From Tubiluchus corallicola (taxonomy: Eukaryota > Animalia > Priapulida), in contig JAQGDQ010001632.1 of assembly GCA_030141605.1 (NCBI GenBank), positions 1 through 31,657 of the forward strand: 31,657 nt of DNA, given 5' to 3'. Of this stretch, positions 1 through 12,098 are shown piece by piece. Every line of letters starts with the position of its first letter. Positions within the stretch are counted from its first letter, which is position 1. Made by a program: the position numbers and the translations under genes. Below the pieces are notes generated by a model that saw only the letters and a list, made by a program, of their open reading frames with translations, had not been told where the DNA came from and ran no database searches.

Positions 1-749
1 TAGGTTTTTATTGGTTCCAGCTATTATAAAGTTTATCTAAAGTTAGAACACACCTTTAATCAACTACATTAGCCAAATACATAAGCCAAAGATTGATCTA
101 CTACCATTCATGGGTATTGACAGAAAAGTTAATGTGCATACTAGCTAGATTAAAGATAAAATTGACAAACTTTGTAACGATTTCTCTGTAACTTTGAGTA
201 AAGTTTAATCAATGTTGTGTCCTTACAACGGGAAAACGACACGAGCTTGCTGCTTAAGCTTAACACATAAATACATAGGAGCAAGGAAAATTATATTAAA
301 ACAAAGGTATGGCCCCTAAAAAGCTGGAAGTAGCTTCAACAGTATTAATTTAGATTTTCAGGTAAATTCACAAAAAATAATGCACATTCGTAAAGAGTTT
401 GTTGAGATGTTAAGTTCTTTTCCTGCATATATATCGTTTGTCTTGTGTTTTGTAGAGTGAATATCCACCAATGCAGGCGTATTTACATTCATCAGAGTTA
501 TAATTTCTGAAATGAAATAAATTATTAAAAATTTTTTACCAAAAACGTTAGAGCAGCTGCTGTAATATAACTGTGGATGCCTTTTCTGACATTCTAGAAA
601 TTTGCAAAATTAGTCCCTTATAGTTACTTAGTTAATTTGTTGACCACAATTCTAATAAAGACAAATGCGTTATATTTGGTAACCAGAAAAAACTATAGTC
701 TAAAATGACACATTGAGAACGGAGAAAGATAAAAATGAGTTAACATTCT

Positions 750-1398
750 ACATTGTTAGGTACACCAATTCTATGCCTGGTCAACCAACCAAATAATCGG
801 CGTTATGCAAGCAGAATGAATGAGTTTGTCGTGAATTTCTGTAGAACAGACGTGGCACGGCAATTCATTGCAAATGTTGGTCCAAGGCTTTGGAATGACA
901 TAAATGATGAATTAAAAACTGTTCAGCCAATTCAAAAATTTAAAAAGAAATACAGAGCAATGATTCTCAACAAGTACAACACTTCCTAATTTCCCACACC
1001 TACTGCAGCAGTCATACCACAATCCTGGTACAGATTACGCAAAACAAGGCATCATTGATAAATCTTTAGAGCTGATGTCAACATAGCGCAATCTATTATC
1101 TTTCTTTCTACCATTTCCACTAACACATCCTTCTACCCTTCCAGTATGATCTAACCTTTCTCCCAGTTCTTTTTTTTGTTCACTCATCCATTTCTTTATC
1201 AGGTTCACATGACAGTGGGCTTATACAAGCCTTTGCTTCTCTAGCCCACTGCAGTACAATTATTCTTTTATGATAACGATAGTGTATGAAACATAACAAT
1301 TTAATATAGTATGATGTAATAATTTTGATGTCACTGTGTGCTTTATTTTGTACTGAATGTGATAGTAATAATTTATAAAAAAATAAATAAAAAAAAAA
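750..1398 (+). mobile_element. 3' end of an L2/Crack-like LINE (ORF2 C-terminus, 3' UTR, A-rich tail)
   Basis: CRT..ARQFIANVGPRLWNDINDELK..FKKKY..LNKY resembles the CR1/L2-group ORF2 end (GP.LWN.L..IK..FK.K). Ends in aataaataaaaaaaaaa. Confidence 0.7.
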
Positions 1399-1770
1399 CG
1401 GAATACTATACATGATAAGTCTGTGAATAATCTCTAATCATGTATTGGTAGAAACTTTATGAATGATTAACATTTGCTTGACGAAAGACAGTGGCTTAGA
1501 CTCAAAATAACATTGTAGCACATCATAGCAAATTCCAAACGCGTGTTCATTTTCAAATACATCAATAATATTAGAACAATTCTGGGTAAGTGGTTAAAAC
1601 GTGCTCTTCAGTCAGCACAGCACCACATTCACACAATTTGTTTGGCGACTCCATCTACCTGTCTCAATTTTCAATCAGTAAAAGATGACCTGTTAAACGA
1701 TGTTAAGAGCGCTAGATTATGATAGATAATTATGCTGATGAATGAATGCTGGCATGAAGCCCAGGGAAGG

Positions 1771-2040
1771 TGTGATGTCACGTCATCAAGTGATTCAGAA
1801 CCGAAGGGTAGGCGTCGATGCGTCGAAGCTCGGCGCACGAGATATAAGCCTTGTGACGCCCCCATCTCAGGAAATTGAGTCTGGGAGCTGAAGGAGAGCA
1901 GACTAGATCAGGGGTTTTGGCATTACTATCTATTATATTTATTGTGTTTGATGTTCAATAAACGTGTAGTTTTATAATCTGACTCTTCATAGTTTTGCCA
2001 TCCCTAAAAGTCCAATAATCAGCTATACACAAACAACACA
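1771..2040 (+). mobile_element. Possible LTR remnant (mirror copy at 4190-4459)
   Basis: Purine run agggaagg followed by TGT, internal TATAAG and AATAAA, ends ...acaacaca. No TSD found. Confidence 0.3.
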
Positions 2041-4157
2041 ACGAATTATTTTACTCAATCTATGAGACTGATGAGACATCATCATTCTAGCGGATGCAAT
2101 ACGCTAAATTTTTCGATATCGCTGCGGGGAATCTCGGGTGGTTTTCGGGAGGGATTTAGTTGTTTGTACGTCATCCTCTTTGATAAAGCACCAGCTCTGT
2201 AAGGTTATAAGGTAAATGAAAAGAAGCATAAGTCTAGTCAACTTGTGAGTCAACTAGTCAATTCGCACCAAATCCTCCCCCCCCCCGCTGCCGACGTACA
2301 TCGCCTCGCCGAAGTAACGCAATTTACAATGCTTTCTAATCGGAATTCCTATTCCAAATGATGAAATAGCAGTGGCGGCTCGTAGCTATAAAATTAGCGC
2401 TGATGCTGGAAATTTAAATTTTTTTTTTACCATTCTTTTAATACTGTGTAAAACGAAATAAACTGTCATGTTTCGCCCTACATTTAATAGTTCTCACATT
2501 ATGCTTATGCAACATTAAGGCCTATTCATACTGTATGTTCAATTAATTGATATGTATGATATCTATCTACTGTCAGTGATAGTTAATTGTATTATCAATT
2601 ATTGATATTTTCTTAAGATTTAAGCACCTACTAACAAACCCCCTTTTTTGTATTGTCTGACTCGCTCTTGTCTACCCTATTGCGGTTATAATGCAGTGTC
2701 TAAATCAAGGTAAACAGTAGTACACAGGTGAATAAAATTATAGCAGTTTAAGCGAGTGGCTTCTCGATGAACTTCGTTAAACTTCGTTTAGATATAGACG
2801 GCAACTTGACACAGAACGAGACAGGTCGTTTACTCGTCTCTGTGAATTTATATTATTTGAAGAGATATGCCGTACTAGATTGTTAAACACATGATATGGT
2901 GTGTAATGTACATGGTGATACTGTAAGAGCCTAGTTGTCGTGACCTGTAGTCGTCAACCAGAGTTGTCCCAGAGATGCTGTCTTGCAGTCTGCAGTAGTG
3001 GAGTTACCCTCTGACTGACCCACCTACTACAGAACCACATCCAGGATGGTAACAGATACTTTTCCCTTTTGTTACTATCGTAACTAACATCGCACTGCTG
3101 GGTAAAGACTAATTGGAAGTTTCTCTGACGAAGTTTGGAATCACAACTGTATTCAGACACAGAGGTTATATCACGACGTATTGCTACCGTTCTACAAACT
3201 GTTCGCTTTAAAGGAAAAGTGTTCCAAAAAAACCTAGGTACATAGTGGGCAGACATGAACTTTATGCAAACGTATATACCCTGCTAACCCTAAGCTTTGT
3301 CAATACTGCTATATCGTTGTTTGATTAATTATTTTAATGTCTGCCATTTGATCTTTCTTTTTCTTCAGATCCATGAACGTATAGAGTGCAAATGGGCCAT
3401 AGTCCCCCGTATTTTTAACACCCGCCTTAGGCCGATCTGCATCCATACATTTAGTGACTATCATACTAGCTCCCTTCTGTTATGAGATGTAAAACTAGCG
3501 TAGCATGCCCCTCTTTGATTCCCCTATAGGAAATACAAGATCAGAGTCATCACACAAACATATGTAATTTTAATGTAAATAGTAATTTTACACAAACAAA
3601 CTTAATTTATACAGATACTTGATAAGCTCCTAAACAAAAAATATTGTTTTCTTACGAATAGATGCCGGTACTTGACTTTTAAGCACGTGACAACTGACAA
3701 CAAACTATGGGAGCAACAGTACTCTTTGTACCTAAAGTGCAACGTCTCATCTTAAACTTGTGTGCATGCAGGCATGCGCACAGCAGCCAAACACACAACT
3801 GTACTGGGCTGTGAAACAAACAGTACTCTCACGTGCTCTTACTTCCGTATAAGTATAAAGAAAGAACTAAAGAGAAAAGACTATTATATTGAATATTATC
3901 GATAATCATGAGCGAAAACAGGGGGTGCTGCAGTACCACAGTACCTGTAGACGAGTTCCCACTGTACAACAGTATTGTTAAATACTGTAATGAACGCTGA
4001 CATGCGTAAATTTTATGATAGAATACAGACTGTGAAAAAAACCAAAATTTGCCAGAAATGAAATTGCAAGTTTGCTTTTGCATTCTCTCTTTGCATTCGG
4101 TGCAAGATTAGACCATCGTCGTGGCTAGAAGCCTAGTTAGGTGTGGCATAGCACGTG

Positions 4158-6229
4158 ATCAGTCTCATAGATTGAGTAAAATAATTCGTTGTGTTGTTTG
4201 TGTATAGCTGATTATTGGACTTTTAGGGATGGCAAAACTATGAAGAGTCAGATTATAAAACTACACGTTTATTGAACATCAAACACAATAAATATAATAG
4301 ATAGTAATGCCAAAACCCCTGATCTAGTCTGCTCTCCTTCAGCTCCCAGACTCAATTTCCTGAGATGGGGGCGTCACAAGGCTTATATCTCGTGCGCCGA
4401 GCTTCGACGCATCGACGCCTACCCTTCGGTTCTGAATCACTTGATGACGTGACATCACACCTTCCCTGGGCTTCATGCCAGCATTCATTCATCAGCATAA
4501 TTATCTATCATAATCTAGCGCTCTTAACATCGTTTAACAGGTCATCTTTTACTGATTGAAAATTGAGACAGGTAGATGGAGTCGCCAAACAAATTGTGTG
4601 AATGTGGTGCTGTGCTGACTGAAGAGCACGTTTTAACCACTTACCCAGAATTGTTCTAATATTATTGATGTATTTGAAAATGAACACGCGTTTGGAATTT
4701 GCTATGATGTGCTACAATGTTATTTTGAGTCTAAGCCACTGTCTTTCGTCAAGCAAATGTTAATCATTCATAAAGTTTCTACCAATACATGATTAGAGAT
4801 TATTCACAGACTTATCATGTATAGTATTCCGTTTTTTTTTTATTTATTTTTTTATAAATTATTACTATCACATTCAGTACAAAATAAAGCACACAGTGAC
4901 ATCAAAATTATTACATCATACTATATTAAATTGTTATGTTTCATACACTATCGTTATCATAAAAGAATAATTGTACTGCAGTGGGCTAGAGAAGCAAAGG
5001 CTTGTATAAGCCCACTGTCATGTGAACCTGATAAAGAAATGGATGAGTGAACAAAAAAAAGAACTGGGAGAAAGGTTAGATCATACTGGAAGGGTAGAAG
5101 GATGTGTTAGTGGAAATGGTAGAAAGAAAGATAATAGATTGCGCTATGTTGACATCAGCTCTAAAGATTTATCAATGATGCCTTGTTTTGCGTAATCTGT
5201 ACCAGGATTGTGGTATGACTGCTGCAGTAGGTGTGGGAAATTAGGAAGTGTTGTACTTGTTGAGAATCATTGCTCTGTATTTCTTTTTAAATTTTCGAAT
5301 TGGCTGAACAGTTTTTAATTCATCATTTATGTCATTCCAAAGTCTCGGACCAACATTTGCAATGAATTGCCGTGCCACGTCTGTTCTACAGAAATTCACG
5401 ACAAACTCATTCATTCTGCTTGCATAACGCCGATTATTTGGTTGGTTGACCAGGCATAGAATTGGTGTACCTAACAATGTAGAATGTTAACTCATTTTTA
5501 TCTTTCTCCGTTCTCAATGTGTCATTTTAGACTATAGTTTTTTCTGGTTACCAAATATAACGCATTTGTCTTTATTAGAATTGTGGTCAACAAATTAACT
5601 AAGTAACTATAAGGGATTAATTTTGCAAATTTCTAGAATGTCAGAAAAGGCATCCACAGTTATATTACAGCAGCTGCTCTAACGTTTTTGGTAAAATTTT
5701 TTTAATAATTTATTTCATTTCAGAAATTATAACTCTGATGAATGTAAATACGCCTGCATTGGTGGATATTCACTCTACAAAACACAAGACAAACGATATA
5801 TATGCAGGAAAAGAACTTAACATCTCAACAAACTCTTTACGAATGTGCATTATTTTTTGTGAATTTACCTGAAATCTAAATTAATACTGTTGAAGCTACT
5901 TCCAGCTTTTTAGGGGCCATACCTTTGTTTTAATATAATTTTCCTTGCTCTTATGTATTTATGTGTTAAGCTTAAGCAGCAAGCTCGTGTCGTTTTCCCG
6001 TTGTAAGGACACAACATTGATTTAAACTTCACTCAAAGTTACAGAGAAATCGTTACAAAGTTTGTCAATTTTATCTTTGATCTAGCTAGTATGCACATTA
6101 ACTTTTCTGACAATATCCAGGAACGGTAGTAGATCAATCTTTGGCTTATGTATTTGGCTACTGCAGTTGATTAAAGGTGTTTTCTAACTTTAAATAAACT
6201 TTATAATAGCTGGTACCAATAAAAACCTA
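4158..6229 (-). repeat. Right arm of inverted duplication 1 (spacer 2073-4157)
   Basis: Near-identical reverse complement of 1-2072. Confidence 0.97.
4832..5480 (-). mobile_element. Mirror copy of the L2/Crack-like LINE 3' fragment
   Basis: Inside the inverted arm; ORF 5241..5477 differs by one residue. Confidence 0.7.
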
Positions 6230-6432
6230 GTAAAACATGTTCTGAGTCAACTTATAATGTTAACGTTTTATGTAAAAACACGAGCAGTGTCAGATTCCAT
6301 ATTAATTCTTACCTTATTTCATTGGTTTGTTGTTATTTCAGAAACAGTTCGGTAAACTTTCAATAAAAATGTTCATGACATACTTTTTGTGCTGTGCTTT
6401 TTTCATACACTGAAACATATTCGTACACACTA

Positions 6433-6433
<1 letters not shown>

Positions 6434-6490
<57 letters not shown>

Positions 6491-6679
6491 ACTCTCTCTC
6501 CCCGCATTTTCTTCCTCTCCTCTCTCTCTGTCTCTGCCTCCATCTCTCTCCCTCTCTCTCTCTCTTTCTCCCTCCATCTCCCCCTCTCTCTTTCTCCCTC
6601 CCTCTCCCCCTCTCTTTCTCTTCTCTCTCTCTCCCTCAATCTCTCTCCCTTTCTCTCTCTCCCTGTCTCTTCTTTCTCT

Positions 6680-6772
<93 letters not shown>
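6434..6772. repeat. Imperfect (CT)n microsatellite
   Basis: Direct reading; source of the SL/ER pseudo-ORFs. Confidence 0.98.
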
Positions 6773-6775
<3 letters not shown>

Positions 6776-7248
6776 AGGATCTGTTATTGAGCCTTGTGAT
6801 AATGAAAAATATCTTGGTCATATCATTTCTAAGGACAACAGAGACGATCTAGATATCATACTAGTAGGCATTTAACGCTCTCGAGCAAATAAGCTATGCC
6901 GTAAAATTTTGCTATTGCACCCATGCTGTAAAAACACGTCTATTGAATACTTATTGTAAGAGCTTCTACTGTATAGCCACCTGGCGGCATTTTCATAATT
7001 ATAATCTGAAGGTTGCTCATAATAAATCAATGCGAAACTTTTTCAAATATCAGTTCGATCACAGTGCCAGAGACATTTCTGTGACGCATAAATTAGTGTA
7101 CTTTGATGTTATTTACAGGAAGAGCATTTACAGTCTGGATACTAGAATTTCAAACAGTGAAAACTTGTTGTGTAGCACGATATTCGGTAGTGATACTTTA
7201 TTTACTTCTAGTATAAGAAAGATTTGGAGAACGAAATTGTATGCTTAA
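6776..7248 (+). mobile_element. Decayed RTE-X-like LINE ORF2 3' fragment
   Basis: Frameshifted reading EKYLGHIISKDNRDDLDI..ANKLCRK..VKTRLLNTYCKSFY..W..LKVAHNKSMR..SAR..RISNSENLL resembles the post-RT region of RTE-X elements (family call from memory). Confidence 0.6.
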
Positions 7249-7493
7249 TTTTTACATTGCTGATATTCATTGATATAATGATGAGAAAGGTATTAGTTTA
7301 TCTCCTGCCATGGGTTGTAAAAATTTAATGTCAAAGAAAATTGAACCAAAACTTAGTAGAACTTCTGGTTAAATACATTCAATTTTCGCTAAGAAACTGG
7401 CAAATGACATTACTTTTTTGGCTTAAATAAACTTTGTTATACCCAATGCGGCAAAACCTGATGATGTTTTACCTATTTTTTTCGTACACACTA

Positions 7494-7540
<47 letters not shown>

Positions 7541-7542
7541 GC

Positions 7543-8015
7543 AGGATCGGTTATTGAGCCTTGTGATAATGAAAAATATCTTGGTCATATCATTTCTAAG
7601 GACAACAGAGACGATCTAGATATCATACTAGTAGGCATTTAATGCTCTCGAGCAAATAAGCTATGCTGTAAAATTTTGCTATTGCACCCATGCTGTAAAA
7701 ACACGTCTATTGAATACTTATTGTAAGAGCTTCTACTGTATAGCCACCTGGCGGCATTTTCATAATTATAATCTGAAGGTTGCTCGTAATAAATCAATGC
7801 GAAACTTTTTCAAATATCAGTTCGATCACAGTGCCAGAGACATTTCTGTGACGCATAAATTAGTGTACTTTGATGTTATTTACAGGAAGAGCATTTACAG
7901 TCTGGATACTAGAATTTCAAACTGTGAAAACTTGTTGTGTAGCACGATATTCGGTAGTGATACTTTATTTACTTCCAGTATAAGAAAGATTTGGAGAACG
8001 AAATTGTATGCTTAA
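7543..8015 (+). mobile_element. Duplicate of the RTE-X-like fragment
   Basis: Part of the tandem duplication. Confidence 0.6.
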
Positions 8016-8079
8016 TTTTTACATTGCTGATATTCATTGATATAATGATGAGAAAATATCAGTTTATCTCCTGCCATGG

Positions 8080-9500
8080 GTTGTAAAAATTTAATGTCAA
8101 AGAAAATTGAACCAAAACTTAGTAGAACTTCTGGTTAAATACATTCAATTTTCGCTAAGAAAGTGGCAAATGACATTACTTTTTTGGCTTAAATAAACTT
8201 TGTTATACCCAATGTGGCAAAACCTGATGATGTTTTACCTATTTTTTTAAAAAAAGGAAATCCTCTTCCTAGCAACTAATCACTTTTAATTGGCATTCAC
8301 AGCTTATTACATAAATGGACTGATGCGTTTCTTATAAATAGAAAACGAAGTGTCATTGTGGTAAAAGCCATGTAGGAGTATGTTTACGATACGCTCTGGG
8401 TTCCCTTGGGGTCAGTGTTAGGGCCTCTCTTATTTGTACTTTTTATCAATAATTTGCTTGATTGTGTCTCGTAAGTGACAGTCAGTCTTATTCTTGGTGA
8501 TTTTACCACTCTATGACAATAAATGATTTTGATTTTGACAGTAAACTGATTAGACAAACTTTTAGAATGGTCAAATTTATGGCAGTTAAGTAGTTCTCTA
8601 GATAAATGCTCCGTTTTATCCATAGAAACAATGCATTTTTCTATAGGGTACGCATTATGTGGAGCTTTAATTCCTAGTAAAAGTTCTCTGTGTGATTTAG
8701 ATGTTATGTCCAATAACCTTAGGTCATAGTGATAGTCATAGTCATAGTCATAGTCATAGTCAATAGTCTAGTGAGCATACTCGTGAAATTGCTTTCAAAG
8801 CAAAACGTGTAACAAACACGATCTACTGTCGTTTCCACATTACGACAGATAGCGACATTTTGTTTGAAGCTTTCAAATCTTATATTCGCTCAGTTGTAAA
8901 ATGTTGTAACCAGTAGGGCATGTGCTGTCCCGTCTAATGAGAGTATGCTGACGTTATTAAACATGTGCAAAGGTACTTCTCGGGAGGTTTGTATACTAGG
9001 CTAATATTTACTGCTGCGTTCTACCCTAACATTTATCTTTGAACATGTTGTCATGAGAAGAGAGAATTCGCCATGATCTAAAAATATCCTGAAATATTTA
9101 TTCAAAAGAAAATGACTTTAGATTGAAACGAATTTTTATAGATACTCCTAGAATTTTTAGGTGTCATTATTATAAACTTTTTTGTAAATCGACCTGCATC
9201 TTATGATGCTCAACATTCGTTTGCAGGTAGAGTAATTAAGTACTAGAATTCCCCGCATGTAAACGGATCTCTACTAATAAATGCCCCTTCCAGTAAATTA
9301 TTAATTAAAGTTTAATGAAAATTAGCTTTTCGACACATTTGTATTTTTGCAGACAAGTGTAAGTAGCAATTTTATTTTTGTGTAACTTCCACATCCAGTT
9401 TAACCTATCTCGTTTATTTTTTTGCATCTGTTATTGTTTCTTGCAGTTAATTTTTACTATTTTTACGGATACTTTAATAAATAAACATATAAATAAATAA
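8080..9500 (+). mobile_element. Decayed CR1-group LINE (RT domain to 3' tail)
   Basis: Broken frames give PIF.KKGN, SGVPLGSVLGPLLFVLFINNL, EWSNLWQL..DKCSVL, FKSYIRS, VQRYF and FAGRVIKY*NS in CR1 ORF2 order; ends in AATA repeats. A short (GTCATA)n tract lies at ~8723-8762. Confidence 0.8.
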
Positions 9501-10339
9501 AATTAATACAAAAAAGCAACACCCTATAATAAAAAAATACCCTATAAGTGAGATGCAACATGCAAAAAGTTGAATAAGAAGAATATTTATTTAGCTCAAA
9601 CATATTAGAGTATTTGTTCTAAAATTCAACGAGAGTTTGTCTCAGCTTTCCCTAGGGATAATACACCCTTTCAAGGTGCGATACAGTATACGAATTCTTC
9701 AACACTTTAAAAGTTATAGTGAAACTGAAATGCAAACATAAAGTTTAGAAGTAACGTAATTAATAGTCATGTACGGCACATATCAGCCAGAAAGCATAAA
9801 AACTTAGTCTGGCTGACACGTAGGATTCTTCTTGTCCAAAAAATGGATAATAAAACGTTTCTTCCTTCTTGCTTGAATCATGTTAAAATTTTCTGTTTGT
9901 GGCGGCCATTTTAGCTTCTTCTTGGAAAATTCGTGTGTTTAGTTCTATATATAAAATGTCACTATATTAGAAAACATATTAAAATCCATTTCATGAAAAC
10001 TACAATTGCAGACAGCAATGGCATCTTCATCAGAATCAATACTCTAGGGTTCTTCGCACACATAACGTTGTCCAAAAGATATCAGCTTGAAGTTTTCTTT
10101 ACAATAGAGACTACACCGTCCCTTGAAGCTGAAAAAAAGTGCAATTTATTAATTACAATGACTTTATTACCCAATAAAATACAAAGTATAATGGCCGGAT
10201 ACATTGATGTTTTGTAAACACCAATAGAATTACCGTAAAAAAATAATTTTAGCTTCATCACAAGATGAGGATGAATTATGCAAAGGTAAAAACAAAGAAA
10301 GATTGAGATCAAAATGAGAACAAGTTAAAATTTTCACAA

Positions 10340-10663
10340 ACACACACAACCCTAAAAACAGAAACATGCTTTTAATTACCAGAAATAGTCTCCCTGTCTT
10401 GAACAGCAGTGAACATTAGGGCAAGCATGAGAGAAACCAAATTACTGAGCTATAAACGTCAACCTCCTAATCCTAAGAAAATTCTGTCAAAGTCAGAAGA
10501 ATCAGGTTCCCCGAAGGAGGTTGGAGTTGAAAAATGCCTTAAACCAAGATGTGCTACGTGCAACTACCTTGTCGAAAGTAAATCTTTCGTTGTTAAGTCA
10601 ATAAGAGCCATTTTTGTTATAAAAAGTAATTTAGACTGAACCAGTACTAATGTTATATATCTA
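10340..10663 (+). mobile_element. Penelope-like element remnant (linker and start of GIY-YIG endonuclease)
   Basis: THNPKNRNM..RNSLPVL, RQPPNPKKIL, CLKPRCATC and FVIKSNLD*TSTNVIYL match the typical RQP.NL..IL, CxxxRCxxC and C.S.NVIY order. Confidence 0.75.
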
Positions 10664-10664
10664 A

Positions 10665-10761
<97 letters not shown>

Positions 10762-10820
10762 GATCGATCGATCGATCGATCGATCGATCGATCGATCTAG
10801 CTAGCTAGCTAGCTAGCTAG

Positions 10821-10901
<81 letters not shown>

Positions 10902-10968
10902 CATCCATCCATCCATCCATCCATCCATCCATCCATCCATCCATCCATCCATCCATCCATCCATCCAT
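10665..10968. repeat. Compound tetranucleotide microsatellite (CTAT)n(CGAT)n(CTAG)n(CTAT)n(CCAT)n
   Basis: Direct reading. Confidence 0.98.
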
Positions 10969-11367
10969 TGTATTCTTGTAATGATAGAGATCATGTGTAA
11001 ATGAACTTGATTAAATACTTAATTTACTCATTAATGAAAGTACAACCATAGTTCAATTAATTATGATTATCATTGCAAATTTTAATAGCTTAATGTATAA
11101 ATGTATAAAACTAGTTGTGGCAAAAGTAGCAAAAATTACTGGTGTTGAGAGCATTTTTCTGTATATCAGTCCCTATATTTTTAACCTGTGTGTGTGTATG
11201 TGTGGATATACCTGTGTATGTATATTTATATGTATATTTGTCACAACATTTATACATGTATACATTTATATGTATATGAATAAGTCAAATTGCTAAAAAG
11301 TAATGTAATTATTAAAGCGATTTTCTGAAATCTACTTCATGCACCCCTTTTCTTGTCCTCTAGGCAA

Positions 11368-11737
11368 TAGGGGTGAGCATCGAACGTTCGAGTATAGACC
11401 AAAACTGTAGATTCGAATAATTCAGCACTTCAATCACATATGTTCCTGATCACTAAAACGATTGAAACATCATGCAATTAACATAATTTAGTTGTTATTT
11501 CTGCACACAACTTTAAGCAAATTACTAGTCGTTTTATTGCAGAAAAAATCTAGTGATATCCATGATCTTTGTAAGGCTAATTTTTACTGGTTGTTCGAAA
11601 ACTTGTTCGAAAATCGTTCAATCTCAATTCGAATTCAGTTCGAATTCGAAACACTGAAATTCGGTTCGATTCGACTTCGAACGTCACAAATTCGGCTCGA
11701 TTCGAATTCGCTTTCTGGTAGAGAATGCTCACTGCTA
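11368..11737. mobile_element. hAT-type MITE, 370 bp
   Basis: TIRs TAGGGGTGAGCAT / ATGCTCACTGCTA (11 of 13 match), 8-bp TSD CTAGGCAA / CTAAGCAA, subterminal TTCGA/TTCGAA repeats. Confidence 0.8.
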
Positions 11738-11768
11738 CTAAGCAAAGGTGAACTACTAAATATATGAG

Positions 11769-11901
11769 TTATTTAGCATACTTTGTAAGCATGATATTTT
11801 GGGCTGGATGTGTCGTGCAGTTTTTTGGTACTTCTCTTGCTCTCCTCCGGCAAGGTATGGAGCACCGAAAGTAAGTTCTTTCGAACATCACTTGATCCGT
11901 C
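11769..11901 (-). CDS. Coding exon 5: end of TSP1, basic site and tail (TDQVMFERTYFRCSIPCRRRAREVPKNCTTHPAQNIMLTKYAK*); may instead end at 11782 and splice on
   Basis: Acceptor ttgttttacag| fits phase 2 and supplies the last two Cys (CSIPC) of a six-Cys TSP1. The end is ambiguous: stop at 11769-11771 or donor AA|gtatgc at 11780-11781. Confidence 0.72.
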
Positions 11902-12098
11902 CTGTAAAACAAAAGTGTTGGTAAGTCATAAGTCAAAAGTCATTTATTTCACCTTACACATTTACATTAGTTTCATGTACAATATCTAGTGAAAGGGCCT
12001 ACAATGGATATAGTACAAATAAGAAATACTGCACAGGAAAAGCCTCAAACACTGTTCACCTATACGAAGGTAAATGTGTTGCGGGCAATTAAAAAGTA

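Larger units (their letters stand above)
1..2072 (+). repeat. Left arm of inverted duplication 1 (may extend beyond the window start)
   Basis: Reverse complement of 4158-6229; mirrored ORF coordinates sum to 6230. Match stops after ...ctatgagactgat. Confidence 0.97.
6420..8248 (+). repeat. Tandem direct duplication (copy 1 6420-7480, copy 2 7481-8248)
   Basis: Both copies begin ttcgtacacactatctctc and end gatgttttacctattttt. ORFs at 6943 and 7710 are offset 767 nt and differ by two residues. Confidence 0.95.

Noticed and set aside
6389-6852. SL/ER-rich ORFs here and at 18584-19184 and 27810-28825; CV/TH ORFs at 20268-20620
   Set aside because: Translations of (CT)n, (GT)n and minisatellite tracts.
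8384-8713. 109-aa minus-strand ORF
   Set aside because: Antisense to the CR1 reverse transcriptase remnant.
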